Positions 59,779 to 64,000 of a stretch of 64,000 nucleotides of DNA are shown piece by piece. The translations under genes and the position numbers were made by a program. The first letter of the stretch is position 1. Each line of letters opens with the position of its first letter. The notes under the pieces are model-generated. The model did not search any database, was not told the origin of the DNA, and saw only the letters and a program-made list of their open reading frames with translations. This DNA is from Deltaproteobacteria bacterium (GTDB lineage: Bacteria > Myxococcota_A > Polyangia > Polyangiales > Houyiibacteriaceae): contig JAXMNT010000018.1 of the NCBI GenBank assembly GCA_034670305.1, forward strand, positions 64,001 to 128,000, in the 5' to 3' direction.

Positions 59779-61965
59779 GTGGGAGGAGATCGACGCGCGG
59801 CGATGGTGGCTGCGATCAGCGCGGCGTTGATCATCGCCCAACAGGTCGCCAGCAAGGCCACCCGCGACGTGCTCTTTCTCTCGGCCTACGGCGCGGACGA
59901 GCTGCCGCTCGCGATGCTCGGTTCGGCGGGCATCGCGCTCGTGGGTGTCGCGATGCTGGCACCGGTGCTCGCGCGTTTCGGACCGAGCCGCACGGTGCCC
60001 GCGCTCTTCCTGGTCAGCGCCGCGATCTACTGCCTCGAGGCGGTGCTGCAGGCCGACCTGCCCGGGCCGATTGCCTACGCGGTGTTCCTGCACGTCTCGC
60101 TCTTCGGTGCGGTGGTCGTGAGCGGATTCTGGTCGGTGGTGAACGAACGGTTCGACCCGCATTCGGCCAAGCGGTTCATCGGTAAGATCGCCGCGGGCGC
60201 GGCGTGTGGTGGGGTCCTCGGCGGGGTGCTCGCGGAACGGGTCGCGTCCACTTTCGGCGCGGGCAAACTGCTCGTGGTGCTCGCCGGCCTGCAGGTGGTC
60301 GCGGCGATCGGGGTGGCGCTGGTGGGCGAGGGGGCGCAGAAGCCGAACGACACCACGCGCGGCGCCTTCAGTGTGCTCGCCGGTTCGACGTACCTGCGCC
60401 GCATTGCGTGGACCGTGGTGCTGCTCGCCTTCGCCGGCGCGCTGCTCGACTACGTGCTCAAGGCGGAGGCCGACGCGCGCATCGTGGGCGAAGAACGGCT
60501 CACCCGTTTCTTTGCCGCGTACTACACCGGGGTGGGCCTGCTGACGTTTGCGCTCCAGAGCACGGTGGCGAAACGACTGCTCAGCACGCTCGGCATCGGC
60601 AAGACGATCGCCACGCTGCCGCTCGCGATGATGTTCCTGAGCGGGCTCGGGGTGCTGGTGACTCGCTTGTGGTCGGTGGTCCTCCTGCGCGGCATGTCGA
60701 GCGTGCTCGAATCCTCGCTTTTTCGAAGCGGGTACGAGCTGCTCTACACGCCGGTCTCCACCGCCAAGAAGCGCCCGACCAAGCTGCTGATCGACGTCGC
60801 CGGCAACCGGCTCGGAGACATGCTTGGTTCCGGGCTGGTGCTGCTGTTGCTCCTGATCGTACCGGTCAGCACCACGATGCTGAGCATGGCGCTCGCCGCC
60901 ATCGCAGCCACGGGCGCGCTCATTCTCGTGGGGCACCTGCAGCGTGGCTACGTCGCGGAGCTCGCGAGCAGTCTCAAGAGCGGGACGCTGGTGTTCGAGC
61001 GCGCAGACGATCTCGACGCGACGACGCGCGCGACCTTCGAGACCACGATGGGCCTGCGGCGCGGACCTCTGCTCGAAGCGATGACGCGGGCGAAGGGCAC
61101 GGGCGATTCGATCGACATCGCGGCGGGCCGGCCCTCGCTTCCGCCTCCGGAAGAAGAAGACCTGCCCGAGATGCTGCAGCGATTGCAGGGCGAGGACTGG
61201 AAGCGAACCGCGCGTGCGCTTCAGAAGGCCGCCCGGCGGCATGTGGGTCAGTTGATCGATGCGCTGCTCGATGAGTCGCTCGAGCTGAGCATCCGCAAGC
61301 GGCTGCCGCGGGTGATCGCGAGTGTGCCGAGCCGGCGCGTGGTCACGGGGTTGATGGAGGCGCTCTCGGATCCCCGGTTCGAGATCCGCTACCGCGCTGG
61401 CGTGGCGCTCGGCGCGCTGCTCGCGCGGCACACCAGCCTTCGCCCGCCGCGCGAAGAAGTGTTCGCGCTCGCAGCCCGCGAGGTGCGGGTCGGGCGCAAC
61501 GTGTGGGAGAGCCAGGCGCGCATCGAAGAAGAGGAGGGTGGGGAAGACCTCGGCTCGCTCCTGCGGCAGCGCCGAGACCGATCGCTCGAGCACGTGTTCA
61601 ACCTGCTCGGGCTGACGTTCGACCGCGACACCCTGCGCATCGCGCTCCAAGCGCTCGCGAGTGGCGACCGGAGTCTCGAAGGGACGGCGCTCGAGTACCT
61701 GGAGAACATTCTCCCCGACACCGTGCGGGACGGGCTCTGGCCGTACATTGCGCCCGAAGGGCTCACGCGTCGTGCGCGCCGACCGGCCGGGGAGATCGTC
61801 GACGAGCTGCTCTCGTCCATGGACAGCTTGAAGCTCGACCGGCGCGAGTTGCTTCAACGCATGGAAGAGCCGCGAGCGGAGCCGCGAGCGGAGCCGCGTC
61901 CGACCGAGGCGGACCTGCCGGACGCGGATCCGCCGAGCTCGGACTCCGGCGCCGACCCGAAGTGA
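59779..61965 (+). CDS. Npt/TLC-like nucleotide transporter fused to HEAT repeats
   Basis: KATRDVLFL, FWSVVNERFDPHSAKR, ELLYTPV...KRPTKLLID; C-terminal HEAT-like EALSDPRFEIRYRAGVAL. Confidence 0.75.
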   Translation: MGGDRRAAMVAAISAALIIAQQVASKATRDVLFLSAYGADELPLAMLGSAGIALVGVAMLAPVLARFGPSRTVPALFLVSAAIYCLEAVLQADLPGPIAYAVFLHVSLFGAVVVSGFWSVVNERFDPHSAKRFIGKIAAGAACGGVLGGVLAERVASTFGAGKLLVVLAGLQVVAAIGVALVGEGAQKPNDTTRGAFSVLAGSTYLRRIAWTVVLLAFAGALLDYVLKAEADARIVGEERLTRFFAAYYTGVGLLTFALQSTVAKRLLSTLGIGKTIATLPLAMMFLSGLGVLVTRLWSVVLLRGMSSVLESSLFRSGYELLYTPVSTAKKRPTKLLIDVAGNRLGDMLGSGLVLLLLLIVPVSTTMLSMALAAIAATGALILVGHLQRGYVAELASSLKSGTLVFERADDLDATTRATFETTMGLRRGPLLEAMTRAKGTGDSIDIAAGRPSLPPPEEEDLPEMLQRLQGEDWKRTARALQKAARRHVGQLIDALLDESLELSIRKRLPRVIASVPSRRVVTGLMEALSDPRFEIRYRAGVALGALLARHTSLRPPREEVFALAAREVRVGRNVWESQARIEEEEGGEDLGSLLRQRRDRSLEHVFNLLGLTFDRDTLRIALQALASGDRSLEGTALEYLENILPDTVRDGLWPYIAPEGLTRRARRPAGEIVDELLSSMDSLKLDRRELLQRMEEPRAEPRAEPRPTEADLPDADPPSSDSGADPK

Positions 61966-62011
61966 TCCCACCGCCTGGTGCCCCGTTGCGACGGGTCTGA
62001 TAGAGAGCGCC

Positions 62012-62863
62012 ATGCGCTTTTGGTGGGCTCTTGGGCTTTTGGTGTGGGCAGGTTGCGGGGACGACGACGTCGGGCGCGATGCCTCGGTCCGCGACGCGTC
62101 GCGGCCGGATGGATGCAGTGGCTGTGCGGCGGACGTGAGCTTTCCCGACGTGGGCGCCCCACCCGATGTGGGTGCCGACGCGCCCGATACCGGCACGCCG
62201 GTGATCGTCGCGGTGGGGTACGGAGGTCTGCGGGTGCGTTCGACCGACTTGGGCCAGACCTTCACGGACGAGCGACACACCACCGAGTCCGGCGGCGACG
62301 ACATGGCGTTGCTGCGTGCGGCCGCGTTCGGCAACGGACGCTTCGTTGCCCTCGGCTGGTCGTTCTTCAGTTCAGAGGACGGCAGGACCTGGGACGCCCA
62401 CGACAACCCGCACGGCCAGTGGGCGGGGGCGGTGGCGTTCGGCAACGGCATGTTCCTCGCGTCCGGTGGTGGCGGCTACTGCGCGCGCTCGACGAGCGGC
62501 ACGGACTGGGCGCAGTGCACCGACGTGAACGGCGACGCCGGGTTCGTGCACGTGCGCTCGGTGCTCTTTCACGAAGGCGCATTCCATGCCGCCGACCAAG
62601 ACGGTGTGCTCTACCGCTCCACCGACGGAGACGTCTGGGAAGTCGAAGACGCGTCGTTCGGCGATGCGTGGGCGGCGATCGTCGACGGGGCCATCGTGCC
62701 TCGCGCGCAAGACGCGCCGTGGGAGGGCGACGGCTTCTCGCTTCGTGGGGGCAGCGGCGTCATCCAGCGTTCGACCGGTGGCGGGTTCGAGGACGTCTAC
62801 GACATCCCGGCGGGCAACGGCGTCTTCCAAGCGCATCGTTTCGCATTCGCGATCGGGCGCTGA
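62012..62863 (+). CDS. lipoprotein with BNR/beta-propeller repeats
   Basis: WAGCGDDD; S.DG..W repeats; AFGNG.F.A. Confidence 0.75.
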   Translation: MRFWWALGLLVWAGCGDDDVGRDASVRDASRPDGCSGCAADVSFPDVGAPPDVGADAPDTGTPVIVAVGYGGLRVRSTDLGQTFTDERHTTESGGDDMALLRAAAFGNGRFVALGWSFFSSEDGRTWDAHDNPHGQWAGAVAFGNGMFLASGGGGYCARSTSGTDWAQCTDVNGDAGFVHVRSVLFHEGAFHAADQDGVLYRSTDGDVWEVEDASFGDAWAAIVDGAIVPRAQDAPWEGDGFSLRGGSGVIQRSTGGGFEDVYDIPAGNGVFQAHRFAFAIGR

Positions 62864-62963
62864 GGAGCGGCCCCGCGCGCTTGCTTGCCGTCTGCTCACA
62901 GCCGAGCTGAGCATCCACGTGCGGACCGGATGCATCAGGGCACGTCAGGATTGCACGAGAAGA

Positions 62964-63050
62964 TTCGGGCACCGGCACGCCCGGCCCATTCGGGCACCGG
63001 CACGCCCGGCCCATTCGGGCAAGGGCAAGGGCAAGGGCAGGGGCAAGGGA
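62964..63050. repeat. 25-bp tandem duplication followed by a (GGGCAA)n tract
   Basis: TTCGGGCACCGGCACGCCCGGCCCA x2, then about 5 GGGCAA/GGGCAG units. Confidence 0.8.
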
Positions 63051-63071
63051 GCAGGTCGCTTGCGCTCCCTG

Positions 63072-63389
63072 CTACCGATGGGCGTCCAGCTTCTTGCGAA
63101 TGGCTTCGATGTCGACCAGCCGGAGCAGCGATGCGGCGCCGCGTCGCTGACGGGCCAAGGCGCTTCCGCGTTTGGTGTTCGCGAGCGTCGTGATGCCGAG
63201 CAGCACTTCGGGTGGCAACTCGAGCATCGCGAGCCGCTTCGGCTTGAGCCCAGCGAGCTCCATCGCGAGCGCCTCGAGCGTGATCTGGAGCGCGCGCTGC
63301 TCCTTCTTCTTCTCGGTGCGCGACGGACCGAGGTCCTCGAGTTCTTCGAACGTCGAGGTGTCGATCATGGGTTTCTTGCGGCGGGCCAT
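63072..63389 (-). CDS. YjgA/DarP (DUF615) ribosome-associated protein, short form
   Basis: PSRTEKKKEQRALQ...ELAGL...LELPPEV...ALARQRR...LLR. Confidence 0.7.
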   Translation of the reverse strand: MARRKKPMIDTSTFEELEDLGPSRTEKKKEQRALQITLEALAMELAGLKPKRLAMLELPPEVLLGITTLANTKRGSALARQRRGAASLLRLVDIEAIRKKLDAHR

Positions 63390-63396
63390 CTACTAC

Positions 63397-64000
63397 TCAG
63401 TAACTTCGCGGCAGCCCGAGCACGTGTTCGGCCACCTGGTTGAGCACCATCTCGCGGGAGATGGGTGCGGTGCGGAGCAAACGTGCGTCGACATACGCTT
63501 GAATCAACCCGAGCTCGCGAGAAAACCCGTTTCCGCCGTGGGTCTGCAGTGCGGCATCCGCGGCTTTGATCGCCAACTCACCGGCCAGGTACTTCGCCAT
63601 CGTGGACACCGGACCGAGCTCCATGGCGCTCGCGCCTTGGTCGAAGAGCGTGGCCGACTTGTAGAAGAGCAGCCGGACGGCTTCGAGCTCGGCTTTGATC
63701 GCCGCCAGTGGATGCTGGATCGCCTGGTAGCTGCCGATCGGCGCGCCGCGGAACACTTTGCGCTCCTTCGCGTACTCCACCGCTCGGTCGAGCAGCCGCT
63801 CGGCCATGCCCACGGCCTGCGCCGCCGCCAGGGTCCGCTCCGCGTTGAGCACGTCGAACATCGGGACCACGCCCATGTGTTCGTCGCCGATCAGATCGTC
63901 GACCACCACGTCGTCGAAGTGCAGCGTCCACTGCTTGAGCCCTTCGATGCCGTCGGTCGGCAGCTCGGTCATCGAGAAACCCTCGGCCTTCGGGTTGACG
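63397..64000 (-). CDS. acyl-CoA dehydrogenase (5' end outside the window)
   Basis: LNAER, RKVFRGAPIGSYQAIQH, ALQTHGGNGF, LGLPRSY. Confidence 0.93.
   Translation of the reverse strand, partial: VNPKAEGFSMTELPTDGIEGLKQWTLHFDDVVVDDLIGDEHMGVVPMFDVLNAERTLAAAQAVGMAERLLDRAVEYAKERKVFRGAPIGSYQAIQHPLAAIKAELEAVRLLFYKSATLFDQGASAMELGPVSTMAKYLAGELAIKAADAALQTHGGNGFSRELGLIQAYVDARLLRTAPISREMVLNQVAEHVLGLPRSY

Overview
GC-rich chromosomal window, probably from a myxobacterium (Polyangiales/Sandaracinaceae-like), inferred from MYXO-CTERM tails, DAG-repeat Cys-rich lipoproteins, Ser/Thr kinases and an FHA-sigma54 activator. It has four parts. (1) 1-7.6 kb: FHA/sigma54 activator, relA, a kinase, a beta-helix surface protein and an SDR. 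(2) 7.7-18.5 kb: a general-stress-type cluster (CBS, NtrC-type activator, Dps, RsbT-like-fused histidine kinase, DUF1328, OmpA, MscS) in which nine genes carry a sigma54 -24/-12 element, eight of them 14-15 nt from the start codon, with a recurring candidate enhancer palindrome. (3) A ~16.7 kb tyrosine-integrase island in tRNA-Gly(GCC) (att copies 25023-25067 and 41744-41788), with a relic of a sister element beside it. Its cargo is conflict-type: a DUF3800-like RNase H-fold/helical-repeat protein, an ARPP-1/PTP-phosphatase fusion, an unannotated Zn-ribbon microprotein sharing an ECF-type promoter with it, a giant Rhs toxin with a PD-(D/E)xK tip plus immunity gene, and decayed HEPN and ATPase genes. 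(4) 42-64 kb: secreted Cys-rich proteins, TetR/DUF4188, ECF sigma-FecR, PhoX, a nucleotide transporter-HEAT protein, YjgA and an acyl-CoA dehydrogenase. Many genes look leaderless. No CRISPR array was found. All family calls come from motif recognition by eye, not from database searches.
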